Virus record (IMG/VR): IMGVR_UViG_2799112531_000001
Location: 1 to 40,095 of that record
DNA from: a virus
Reading direction: 5' to 3' (one strand)
DNA: 40,095 nucleotides
Of this stretch, positions 6,666 through 13,274 are shown one piece after another. The translations under genes and the position numbers were made by a program. The notes beneath the pieces are model-generated. The model saw only the letters and a program-made list of their open reading frames with translations. It was not told the DNA's origin and made no database searches. Positions within the stretch are counted from its first letter, which is position 1. Each line of letters begins with the position of its first letter.

Positions 6666-6695
6666 ATTATATGCGCGAGGGCGGCACGTTGTAAA
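6666..6695 (-). promoter_or_regulatory. Promoter TTTACA-18 nt-TATAAT for the RHH gene
   Basis: -10 at 6666-6671 and -35 at 6690-6695 on the minus strand. The -35 overlaps the first CACGTTGTAA repeat. Confidence 0.55.
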
Positions 6696-6768
6696 GTGTA
6701 CGACCTGCACAAAAACACGTTGTAACTTTTGTGCGTTTCACCGCTAGACAAGGCACGTTGTAACGTGC
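6685..6768. promoter_or_regulatory. Three direct CACGTTGTAA repeats (operator-like); the third forms the 16-bp palindrome GCACGTTGTAACGTGC
   Basis: Copies at 6685, 6716 and 6754, in the divergent region between the RHH gene and the plus-strand operon that starts at 6822. Confidence 0.75.
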
Positions 6769-6821
6769 TACCATAAGGCCAGAACAAACGAGCGGCCCAC
6801 CGGCCAGCCGAACAGGAGGAA

Positions 6822-7082
6822 ATGAAAATGAAGAAGTTCAGAGTTTACAGCGTGTACCTTGATGACGGACACGACACCATGAAGATCACGGTCCCGGCGG
6901 AGTCCAAAGCGGCCGCCAAGAGATTCGTCGAAGGCAACGGCGAGATCGTAGCAATTAAGGATTCCGAGTTGCAGGACATAAACCTCGGCTGTCTGGCTGA
7001 CACACTGGCAAGAAACGGCTGGGGACAGATGGAGATCGACGTAATCACCCGGACGCTGATGATGGTAGGGCTGGACCGATAA
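6822..7082 (+). CDS. Hypothetical protein (86 aa)
   Basis: RBS AGGAGGAA. Protein-like composition, no motif recognised. Confidence 0.6.
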   Translation: MKMKKFRVYSVYLDDGHDTMKITVPAESKAAAKRFVEGNGEIVAIKDSELQDINLGCLADTLARNGWGQMEIDVITRTLMMVGLDR

Positions 7083-7161
7083 ACGGTCCGCCCCGGGTTC
7101 TGAGGGGTTCATCCTTAAAAAGCCCCATCCCATAAATCTAAAACACTAGGAGGAAACGAAA

Positions 7162-7653
7162 ATGAAGTGGTTCAACGTCAGCGAGATTCGCACCCTGGAC
7201 GACCTGAAGAAGGCCTACAGATGCCTTGCCATGAAGCATCACCCCGACGTGGGCGGCAGCACCCAGGCCATGCAGGAGATCAACGCAGAGTATGACAAGC
7301 TGTTCTCCCAGCTCAAGACCGGCTACAACGCATGGGCCAGCGCCAACAACCGCCACACAACGGAAGAGCAGCCCGACGACTTCAAGCGGATCATTTCCAT
7401 CCTTATCAAGCTGGACGGCCTGGACATTGAGCTCTGCGGCTCCTGGCTCTGGATCGGCGGCAACACCCGGAAGCACAAGGAAGCCCTGAAGGCGGCTGGG
7501 TGCCAGTGGTGCAGCAAGAAGAAGCTGTGGAGCTGGAAGCCCGCCGGCAAGCGGTATCACTCCTACAGAGGCACCAAGAGCATGGCGGAAATCCGCACCA
7601 AGTACGGCAGCCAGACCTTCACCCGCAAGGCGGACGAAATGCGGACCGCCTGA
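7162..7653 (+). CDS. J-domain (DnaJ-like) protein with a non-DnaJ C-terminal domain
   Basis: LDDLKKAYRCLAMKHHPDVGGS...EINAEYDKL carries the canonical J-domain helix II-HPD-helix III signature. RBS TAGGAGGAA. The C-terminal part is IELCGSWLWIGGNTRKHKEALKAAGCQWCSKKKLWSW. Confidence 0.85.
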   Translation: MKWFNVSEIRTLDDLKKAYRCLAMKHHPDVGGSTQAMQEINAEYDKLFSQLKTGYNAWASANNRHTTEEQPDDFKRIISILIKLDGLDIELCGSWLWIGGNTRKHKEALKAAGCQWCSKKKLWSWKPAGKRYHSYRGTKSMAEIRTKYGSQTFTRKADEMRTA

Positions 7654-7711
7654 TCCACACCGACACAAACCGCTGACCTACCGGCGAGACGGGGAGAAAG
7701 GAATAAGCGAT

Positions 7712-7810
7712 ATGAAGCCTTTTGCAATTCTGTTTGAGACTGAAGAAGGCAAGACCTTCAAGACCTTCAAGATGGAGACCGATCAATACCTGGAATTCTA
7801 CTCGATCTGA
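7712..7810 (+). CDS. Possible 32-aa micro-ORF
   Basis: ATG preceded by GAAAGGA (9 nt). MKPFAILFETEEGKTFKTFKMETDQYLEFYSI. Below the ORF-track cutoff. Confidence 0.3.
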   Translation: MKPFAILFETEEGKTFKTFKMETDQYLEFYSI

Positions 7811-7898
7811 AACGCAGAGTGACAGCCCTACGGGGCTGGTAATGCGGGACCCGAAAGGGTGCGGTCACAACCCCGCGAAACAAAAGGAGGTAAACACC

Positions 7899-8312
7899 AT
7901 GAAGCCCACCAAACACGCGACAACCAATTACAAGCTGCTTCTGCCCCTGCTGACGATCACCGACGCCAGCGAGGACCGGCACCATCGTTTTGAAAGCTCC
8001 GGCTATATGCCCCTCTCTCTGGAGTATCTGGAGTACAGCGACTACAAAGGCCGCCCGGTCTATGGGATGATGCACTGGACGACCCAGAACGGCGACCTGA
8101 TGCGCGACCCTGATATGACCTTCTCCGTCGATGCAGAGGCCGGCACAGTCCATCCCATGACCTACCAGAACGACTTCCTTCACACCTACCAAGAGGTATA
8201 CAAGACCAACGCCGCCGGCCAGCTTCTCTATTCCGCCCGCCTGAGAACGGAGCTTGACGACTTCCTGTGGCATTGGTTAAAGAACATCCACGAACAAGGC
8301 TATTTGAATTGA
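7899..8312 (+). CDS. Hypothetical protein (137 aa), recalled as resembling DUF6908-type proteins of Clostridia mobile elements
   Basis: Internal ATG at 7899 with RBS AAAGGAGG. Motif ...HWTTQNGDLMRDPDMTFSV... The family assignment is from memory only. Confidence 0.65.
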   Translation: MKPTKHATTNYKLLLPLLTITDASEDRHHRFESSGYMPLSLEYLEYSDYKGRPVYGMMHWTTQNGDLMRDPDMTFSVDAEAGTVHPMTYQNDFLHTYQEVYKTNAAGQLLYSARLRTELDDFLWHWLKNIHEQGYLN

Positions 8313-8378
8313 CGGGACGCAGGAGATGACAAGAGAAGAAGGGAACCGGCGGGACGGGCTGCAAACCGTCCACCGGAA

Positions 8379-8415
8379 GAAGGACCTGGGCGACACATCC
8401 CAGGCCCTTCTTTTT
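8379..8415 (+). terminator. Intrinsic terminator of the 6822-8312 operon
   Basis: GAAGGACCTGGG-cgacacat-CCCAGGCCCTTC (one mismatch) followed by TTTTT. Confidence 0.7.
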
Positions 8416-8495
8416 GACAGAAAAATGACAGACAATCCCGCACCAGGCCATTCCAGACCATTCCATTTTACGCCACAAAAACAGCAAAACAAAAA

Positions 8496-8555
8496 ACGCC
8501 CTACCGCTTGTCCCACAAGGCTTTTCCTTGTCTCACAAGTGATAGGGCGTTTTTG
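8496..8555. terminator. Bidirectional terminator-like structure downstream of int, containing two 13-bp palindromes
   Basis: Outer stem ACGCCCTA/TAGGGCGT flanked by an A-run and a T-run. Inner palindromes CTTGTCCCACAAG (8507-8519) and CTTGTCTCACAAG (8527-8539). Confidence 0.6.
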
Positions 8556-8596
8556 CGTCCGTCAAGATGGTTGGTCAGTCTGCAAAAGTTGTACCT

Positions 8597-9670
8597 TCAC
8601 CCATTCCCTTTCATCTCAACCACTTTCCCCTCCCCGACAGAATCCCGACAAAGAAAAGCATTCAACTTCCCCGCGCTTTCCTCCCGTCTCTTATTCCGGA
8701 TATGGGTATAGACATTCCTGGTCACAGCAATAGAGGAATGCCCCATCACTTCCTTCGCGTCCATCTCCTCGATCCCCGCCTCAAAAAGCAAGGTAGCGTA
8801 AGCATGGCGGAACTGATGGGGAGAAACCGAAGGCCGCCGGTTTTTGTTGAGCCACCCATGATCCCGGCAAAAGGCATACCACATGGCGTTATACTCCGAC
8901 AGCGTAAGGGGCGACACCCCGCCGAAGATGTAGCCCTTGCCCTTCTTCGCCAGCACCGGCCGCAGCTTATCCAGCAGCCACACGCTCCGCTCTCCGGCGC
9001 TGGTCTTGGGCGTCTTGAGCCTGGGGGAATCCCCCTCATAATAGACCGACTGTCTGACATGGATCACGCCGGCCTCCAGATCCACGTCATCCCACCGGAG
9101 CCCCAGCAGCTCCCCCCGCCGCAGGCCGGTATAGAGGAGGATAAACGCGAACAGCCCGCCGCCGGTCTTCTCCCCCTGATCCACGGCCCGCAGAATGTCG
9201 TCAGCGGGCGGCTCCCTCCTGTTGTCTCGGAGCCCTTTGGGAAGGTGTACGGGAGCACAGGGGTTATTCTCGGCCCATCTCTGGATGATGGCATAGTTGT
9301 ACGCCATGTTCAGGCAATTCAGCCGCATCTGAACGGTGCGCCGCTTAAAGTCCTTTGCCGCCAGCCACCGGAGGAAGGCGTCCACCTCATCGGCCCGGAC
9401 CTCCCGGATATACTTGCCGGCGAAATACTCCTTGATATCCTTCACCGGCTGATCGTAGGCCCGAATGGAGCTGGGGGAGACCTGCCCCTCATGCCACGCC
9501 TGCCAATCGTCCACGCAGGCCGCCAGCGTCCGGCCCTTCTCCTGTCCCTGGACAAAGGCGGCCATTTTCTTTTTGACCTCCGCCTGGGTCTTTCCGTAGA
9601 AGTATTTATAGGACTTCATCCCCGGCAGCTTGACCTGCTCCTGCCACCGTCCGTCTTTTCGCTTTAACAT
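8597..9670 (-). CDS. int: Tyrosine recombinase / phage integrase
   Basis: 357 aa. C-terminal ...HQFRHAYATLLFEAG...GHSSIAVTRNVYTHI (R-H-R-Y catalytic pattern), N-terminal SAM-like domain. RBS AGGAGG. Confidence 0.9.
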   Translation of the reverse strand: MLKRKDGRWQEQVKLPGMKSYKYFYGKTQAEVKKKMAAFVQGQEKGRTLAACVDDWQAWHEGQVSPSSIRAYDQPVKDIKEYFAGKYIREVRADEVDAFLRWLAAKDFKRRTVQMRLNCLNMAYNYAIIQRWAENNPCAPVHLPKGLRDNRREPPADDILRAVDQGEKTGGGLFAFILLYTGLRRGELLGLRWDDVDLEAGVIHVRQSVYYEGDSPRLKTPKTSAGERSVWLLDKLRPVLAKKGKGYIFGGVSPLTLSEYNAMWYAFCRDHGWLNKNRRPSVSPHQFRHAYATLLFEAGIEEMDAKEVMGHSSIAVTRNVYTHIRNKRREESAGKLNAFLCRDSVGEGKVVEMKGNG

Positions 9671-9679
9671 CTTGAAAAC

Positions 9680-9742
9680 CTCCTAATAAGTATGCTATAT
9701 TAGGAGATGTAACCAATGGCTCCAACCGTTTGTTACATCTCC
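9680..9742 (-). promoter_or_regulatory. Two overlapping inverted repeats in the int 5' leader; one pairs with the int Shine-Dalgarno
   Basis: IR-A CTCCTAATA (9680-9688) / TATTAGGAG (9698-9706) covers the SD. IR-B GGAGATGTAAC (9703-9713) / GTTACATCTCC (9732-9742) shares 4 nt with IR-A, so the two are mutually exclusive. Confidence 0.5.
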
Positions 9743-9743
9743 T

Positions 9744-9781
9744 GCGTCCCGGAGCGTTGCAGCGTTCCGGGGCGCTTTTTA
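9744..9781 (+). terminator. Hairpin plus T-run (plus-strand orientation)
   Basis: GCGTCCCGGA-gcgttgcagcgt-TCCGGGGCGC followed by TTTTTA. Confidence 0.5.
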
Positions 9782-9784
9782 TGC

Positions 9785-9813
9785 TTGTCAAATATTTTAT
9801 TGTGTGCTATAAT
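9785..9813 (+). promoter_or_regulatory. Promoter TTGTCA-17 nt-TATAAT with extended -10 (TGcTATAAT)
   Basis: Read directly. Lies about 75 nt upstream of the 9891 ATG. Confidence 0.65.
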
Positions 9814-9890
9814 ACACTTAAGTTGAAGCACCAAGACAAAGGGCCGCTCTTTGTTTAGGTGCTATTTTTATCGAAAGGAGTGTTAATTTC

Positions 9891-10148
9891 ATGCCTGCCA
9901 AAAATACCGGAAGAAAAACCGGCGCAATCACCGCTTATGCCGCAAAAAGAAAGGTCAATAACAGACCGACGGCAAAAAACGTCGCAACTCACATTGGACG
10001 GGGAACTACCGGCCGGGGCGCAGACAAACTCCCAAGCGCTCTTGGGGAATATTATCTTGCACCGTCGCCCAGCCCTAAAGCGCAATATGCCAAAGCCCTT
10101 TACGACATCCACAAAAGTAACATCAGCAAAAAGAAAAAGTATAAATGA
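9891..10148 (+). CDS. Small, very basic 85-aa protein (moron-like, with its own promoter and terminator)
   Basis: RBS AAAGGAG 10 nt upstream. MPAKNTGRKTGAITAYAAKRK...ISKKKKYK. AT-rich relative to the genome. Flanked by the 9785 promoter and the 10153 terminator. Confidence 0.5.
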   Translation: MPAKNTGRKTGAITAYAAKRKVNNRPTAKNVATHIGRGTTGRGADKLPSALGEYYLAPSPSPKAQYAKALYDIHKSNISKKKKYK

Positions 10149-10152
10149 TTCT

Positions 10153-10186
10153 ACCACCCGGTACAACCAGACCGGGTGGTCTTTTA
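10153..10186 (+). terminator. Intrinsic terminator
   Basis: ACCACCCGGT-acaaccag-ACCGGGTGGT followed by CTTTTATGTTT. Confidence 0.7.
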
Positions 10187-10207
10187 TGTTTGATTGTTTT
10201 TGACTAC

Positions 10208-11029
10208 TTAATCAATCCCTGGATCACAACGTCCGCAAGGATCATAACCCTGATCTCTTAATTCTTGACCCGTTCCGGTCCAATACAGTTTGTTTCCTTC
10301 ATTCATGTCGTCTACACTTGAACAAGTTGGTTCGTGGTATTTCTTTGAGCTTTTGTTCGCAATATAGGTTACGTCAGAGTTTTCATCTGTTTCGAAAATG
10401 TGGTCCATCGGCTCCCCGTCCTCAACCACAAAATCATAGTTTTCGGTGCTTTGCTCTGATGTCTCCTGGCCGCTTTGCTCTTCTTCGTTATTTTCTAACT
10501 GCGCTTCTGCATGCTGTAAATTTGTATTTGCAACATACAAGGCATAATTGGCTGAGTTGTACGCATTATTTCTATCAATCGCAAAGCCGCTTGCCGCCGC
10601 AAGTGCAATACACAGGGCTGTAATGGCCGCAACAAATGGCTTTTTGCTCTTGTCTTTCGCCGGAACCTCAACATAAACCGGCTTCGCAACCTCTTGAACA
10701 ACTCTAACCGGCGGTTCTTCAACCTGTTTCTGCAAAAGGCTGTTTTCTCGTTCTTTCTGCTCCAGCCGCATCCGCAGCCATGCGCATTGTTCTTTCCAGT
10801 ATCTTTCGTTGATCCGTCCATCTCCACCGGCATCATATAATTCTTTCAGCAGTCGAGCGTGAAGGCACACTTCATAATCCCGATAATTATAGATTGTTTC
10901 CATTGTGTAAGGATTCAATTTCCCACACATTTCAGTAAAAGGATGATCCTCGATCAATTCATTCAATCGACGCTTGTAAAAAGAATCGAAATCTTCAGGC
11001 AACGGGATTTTGACTTGATCCTCATCCAT
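10208..11029 (-). CDS. Single-pass membrane protein with a C-terminal Ada-like Cys/His zinc motif, co-transcribed with the repressor
   Basis: ATG at 11029 overlaps the repressor stop by 8 nt. TM PFVAAITALCIALAAASGFAI, then an acidic linker. C-terminus: KKYHEPTCSSVDDMNEGNKLYWTGTGQELRDQGYDPCGRCDP (pattern YHxPxC...GYxPCxxCxP). Confidence 0.75.
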   Translation of the reverse strand: MDEDQVKIPLPEDFDSFYKRRLNELIEDHPFTEMCGKLNPYTMETIYNYRDYEVCLHARLLKELYDAGGDGRINERYWKEQCAWLRMRLEQKERENSLLQKQVEEPPVRVVQEVAKPVYVEVPAKDKSKKPFVAAITALCIALAAASGFAIDRNNAYNSANYALYVANTNLQHAEAQLENNEEEQSGQETSEQSTENYDFVVEDGEPMDHIFETDENSDVTYIANKSSKKYHEPTCSSVDDMNEGNKLYWTGTGQELRDQGYDPCGRCDPGID

Positions 11030-11771
11030 ACACGCTCGCCTCCTCCATCCACTCCGGATCAAGCACCCCAATCACCAACCCATTACACCAACTATCTTCC
11101 GTCAGTGGAATCGAATCGTAAGCGGGGTTTAGAGAAATCAATTCCCCGTTCCCTCGCTTTTTTACATATCCATCCCCATTCACAGAAAACACGCCGATCT
11201 GTCCCAACGGAATATCCTCGCAGCCTTCCACCAAAAGAATGTCCCCATCATGATAGACGGGCTCCATGCTATCCCCGCTAACAGCCCCGCAGAAGGACGC
11301 CCGCCGGGTTAACTCGTTTTCCTGTACATAGATGGTTTCCATCTCCTCAGGCCCAAGGTAAACACCAGTCCCCGCGCTGAAGCTCTGAAGCGAACGAGAA
11401 AGAGGAATCATATTGTTCTTCCTACCAACCCTGGCTCTGCGTATCTCTTTCATACGCTCCATTTCATGTCCCAATACCGTATCAACAATCCTTTTACCGC
11501 GGTCATCCAGGCCTCGGTATTTTTTTATGTGCTCCATCTCCGCGGGAGACACAGAATGTGCAATACGTAGAGCCATTTCATCTTGAAAAAGGTAATTAGC
11601 GTCAATGTCTAGTGCTTGGATGATTTTTGCAAAAGTAAGCATACTGGGTTCGCTGTTGCCTTTTTCATATCCGTTATATGTAGACTTCCCTACTCCAATC
11701 ATCGTTGCAAGCTGTTCCTGCGTCAAACCTTTTTCTTTTCTTGCAGTCTTCATCCTGTCCGTGTATGCCAT
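11022..11771 (-). CDS. CI/LexA-like repressor (XRE HTH plus S24 autopeptidase domain)
   Basis: ATG at 11771 with RBS GGGAGGTGA. HTH LTQEQLATMIGVGKSTYNGYEKG. S24 motifs GDSMEP (Ser) and YVKKRG (Lys). Confidence 0.9.
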   Translation of the reverse strand: MAYTDRMKTARKEKGLTQEQLATMIGVGKSTYNGYEKGNSEPSMLTFAKIIQALDIDANYLFQDEMALRIAHSVSPAEMEHIKKYRGLDDRGKRIVDTVLGHEMERMKEIRRARVGRKNNMIPLSRSLQSFSAGTGVYLGPEEMETIYVQENELTRRASFCGAVSGDSMEPVYHDGDILLVEGCEDIPLGQIGVFSVNGDGYVKKRGNGELISLNPAYDSIPLTEDSWCNGLVIGVLDPEWMEEASVYG

Positions 11772-11806
11772 CTCGATTTCACCTCCCGTGATTCGTTTGT
11801 GATGAT

Positions 11807-11835
11807 AGAATATCAAGATTCTATGAATCAGTCAA
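11807..11835 (-). promoter_or_regulatory. Repressor promoter candidate TTGACT-17 nt-TATTCT
   Basis: -35 at 11830-11835 and -10 at 11807-11812 on the minus strand. Small palindromes TAGAAT/ATTCTA and GATTC/GAATC overlap it. Confidence 0.55.
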
Positions 11836-11839
11836 GAAA

Positions 11840-11862
11840 AAAGTTTGAATTTTTCAAACTTT
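11840..11862. promoter_or_regulatory. Operator palindrome AAAGTTTGAA-ttt-TTCAAACTTT between the divergent promoters
   Basis: 10-bp perfect arms. Related half-sites lie at about 11872 (AAGTTCGG), 11904 (AAAGTTCAAG) and 11921 (ACTTTCAAGG). Confidence 0.7.
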
Positions 11863-11867
11863 AAGTA

Positions 11868-11896
11868 TTGACAAGTTCGGGATACTCGACTATAAT
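11868..11896 (+). promoter_or_regulatory. Consensus early promoter TTGACA-17 nt-TATAAT
   Basis: Exact consensus hexamers and spacing. Lies 45 nt upstream of the cro-like gene. Confidence 0.75.
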
Positions 11897-11940
11897 GAGC
11901 TCGAAAGTTCAAGATACACGACTTTCAAGGAGGTGAATGT

Positions 11941-12168
11941 ATGACAATCGCGGAATGCAATACCCCAGCATCAGAAAACATTATTCGCATCATCAAGGAT
12001 AAAGGCGTCAAACAAAAATTTGTCGCTGACCGTACCGGCTATACGGAAGCGCAGTTTAGCGCGATGATAACCGGCCGCAAGCTTATTAAATCCTGCGACA
12101 TAATCGCCATCGCCAACGCCCTTGGTGTCACCCCGAACGAGCTGTTTAGAAGGGAGGAGCCATCTTGA
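11941..12168 (+). CDS. Cro-like XRE-family HTH protein (75 aa)
   Basis: Divergent from the repressor. HTH VKQKFVADRTGYTEAQFSAMITGRK. RBS AAGGAGGTGA. Confidence 0.8.
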   Translation: MTIAECNTPASENIIRIIKDKGVKQKFVADRTGYTEAQFSAMITGRKLIKSCDIIAIANALGVTPNELFRREEPS

Positions 12169-12329
12169 TTGAGTTTGTTTTTGACCGTGCTGATCTGACG
12201 AACGACAAAGAATACATAACTCTTCTTCGGGAGTTCATGACGGCGCGCAGCAACCTTCTCACCTACCTGGAGGATAAAACCAAAATCAGATTGATGCCCA
12301 TATCAACCGAGAAAAAAACCGAGGAGTGA
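12165..12329 (+). CDS. Hypothetical 54-aa protein (TTG start)
   Basis: TTG overlaps the cro stop (TTGA). RBS GGGAGGAG 5 nt upstream. MIEFVFDRADLTNDKEYITLLREFMTARSNLLTYLEDKTKIRLMPISTEKKTEE. Below the ORF-track cutoff. Confidence 0.45.
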   Translation: MIEFVFDRADLTNDKEYITLLREFMTARSNLLTYLEDKTKIRLMPISTEKKTEE

Positions 12330-12339
12330 GATTCACTCC
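12312..12339 (-). terminator. Hairpin GGAGTGA-gat-TCACTCC with a U-run on the minus strand
   Basis: On the minus strand the hairpin is followed by CUCGGUUUUUUUCUC. It spans both stop codons of the convergent small ORFs. Confidence 0.5.
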
Positions 12340-12488
12340 CCGGAATGACGCTGAATGACAGATTCAATTGCTTTTACAATTGCGTTGCAAACCTTACTCG
12401 CTTCCACATCGCTTGCACTGAATTCAGTAACAAACTGATATGCGATCTGTTCCTTCAACTCATTTAACAGTTCCAATGTTTTATCCAT
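12333..12488 (-). CDS. Hypothetical 51-aa acidic helical protein
   Basis: ATG at 12488. MDKTLELLNELKEQIAYQFVTEFSASDVEASKVCNAIVKAIESVIQRHSGE. Preceded by AAGGCGGTG and a TATAAT promoter. Confidence 0.45.
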   Translation of the reverse strand: MDKTLELLNELKEQIAYQFVTEFSASDVEASKVCNAIVKAIESVIQRHSGE

Positions 12489-12520
12489 ACAGGCACCGCC
12501 TTTTCTTGGTTTGTAAAGAT

Positions 12521-12549
12521 ATTATACTCTATCGGCCAAGAAAAAACAA
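12521..12549 (-). promoter_or_regulatory. Promoter candidate TTGTTT-17 nt-TATAAT
   Basis: -10 at 12521-12526 and -35 at 12544-12549 on the minus strand. Confidence 0.45.
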
Positions 12550-12574
12550 CCCGCCCCACCAACCTAACCCCTCC

Positions 12575-12600
12575 GGTTCCGATCCGTACACGGGCGGCAA
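12575..12600 (-). repeat. R1: 26-bp conserved element GGTTCCGATCCGTACACGGGCGGCAA (plus-strand reading)
   Basis: 24/26 identical to R2 and 23/26 identical to the reverse complement of R3. Flanking sequence is also similar to that of R2 (about 90 bp in total). Confidence 0.85.
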
Positions 12601-12661
12601 GAGGAAACACCAGTATGACCGGAAGGAAGTGCCTGCATGAGACGTGATCTTGTGATTTGTT

Positions 12662-12898
12662 TCATACTAGGGTTTTTAACCACTCTAGCAATTCGGGTAT
12701 GTATTGCGCTAATAATGTAGCAGTCACCCCGCTAAGAACGCCGAGAAAGTAGCTCCAAATCCTTTCCTTCCAAACCCGTCTTTTGTGTTCGTTCTCGTCT
12801 GCCTCGCGCTTTCCCCTGGCGGCAGCCTCTTCGGCCTCTTTCCGTTCAAATGCCGCAACTTTCGCCGCCGCAGGACTTTTCGGACGCTGTAAAGGCAT
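12662..12898 (-). CDS. Small membrane protein (78 aa, charged N-terminus, C-terminal TM)
   Basis: ATG at 12898 after GGGGGGTG. MPLQRPKSPAAAKVAAFERKEAEEAAARGKREADENEHKRRVWKERIWSYFLGVLSGVTATLLAQYIPELLEWLKTLV. Confidence 0.6.
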   Translation of the reverse strand: MPLQRPKSPAAAKVAAFERKEAEEAAARGKREADENEHKRRVWKERIWSYFLGVLSGVTATLLAQYIPELLEWLKTLV

Positions 12899-12926
12899 AG
12901 CAGCACCCCCCAAAAAAGATAATCAC

Positions 12927-12935
12927 ATTATACCA
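12927..12935 (-). promoter_or_regulatory. Extended -10 element TGgTATAAT
   Basis: Read on the minus strand, about 30 nt upstream of the 12898 ATG. There is no good -35. The R2 palindrome is centred about 45 nt upstream of the expected transcription start. Confidence 0.5.
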
Positions 12936-12951
12936 CACCAACACAACCCAT

Positions 12952-12977
12952 GGCTCCGACCCGTACACGGGCGGCAA
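12952..12977 (-). repeat. R2: GGCTCCGACCCGTACACGGGCGGCAA
   Basis: See R1. Confidence 0.85.
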
Positions 12978-13274
12978 AAAGAAAATGCCCGCAGCAACCG
13001 TGCGGACATTCTCTCCCGAGGCATTGACCCGGCAAAGGTTCAGTTTTCCAGCGGGTATGGCTGCTCGCCTTCCAGCGGGCCCTGTTGGTTGCGGCCCTGC
13101 CCTGAGCCTTTCGCCCTCACTCACGAGCCCCGGTCCCGTGCATCAGCGCATCGGGCCTTCCCGGTTGGTTTACCGGCCGCCGGGGACGGAAAGCGGAAAG
13201 CCACCAGCGATGAGCGCGGTCACAATAACGGACGTTGCTTCGATGGCAACCACCCCCTTCCTGTCTGATGTATT

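Noticed and set aside
8567-9667. 366-aa plus-strand ORF opposite the integrase; likewise 21700..22758, 13627..14511, 16502..17287, 17428..18228 and 14529..15125 on the minus strand opposite early genes
   Set aside because: Shadow frames of genes with clear catalytic motifs (int, dnaB, ruvC, ATPase). The sequences are not protein-like.
9855-10203. Alternative frames in the moron region (9859..10203 plus strand, 9855..10166 minus strand)
   Set aside because: Promoter, RBS spacing and the downstream plus-strand terminator all fit the 9891..10148 frame. The alternatives lack an ATG/RBS context. Some uncertainty remains because the chosen protein is low-complexity.
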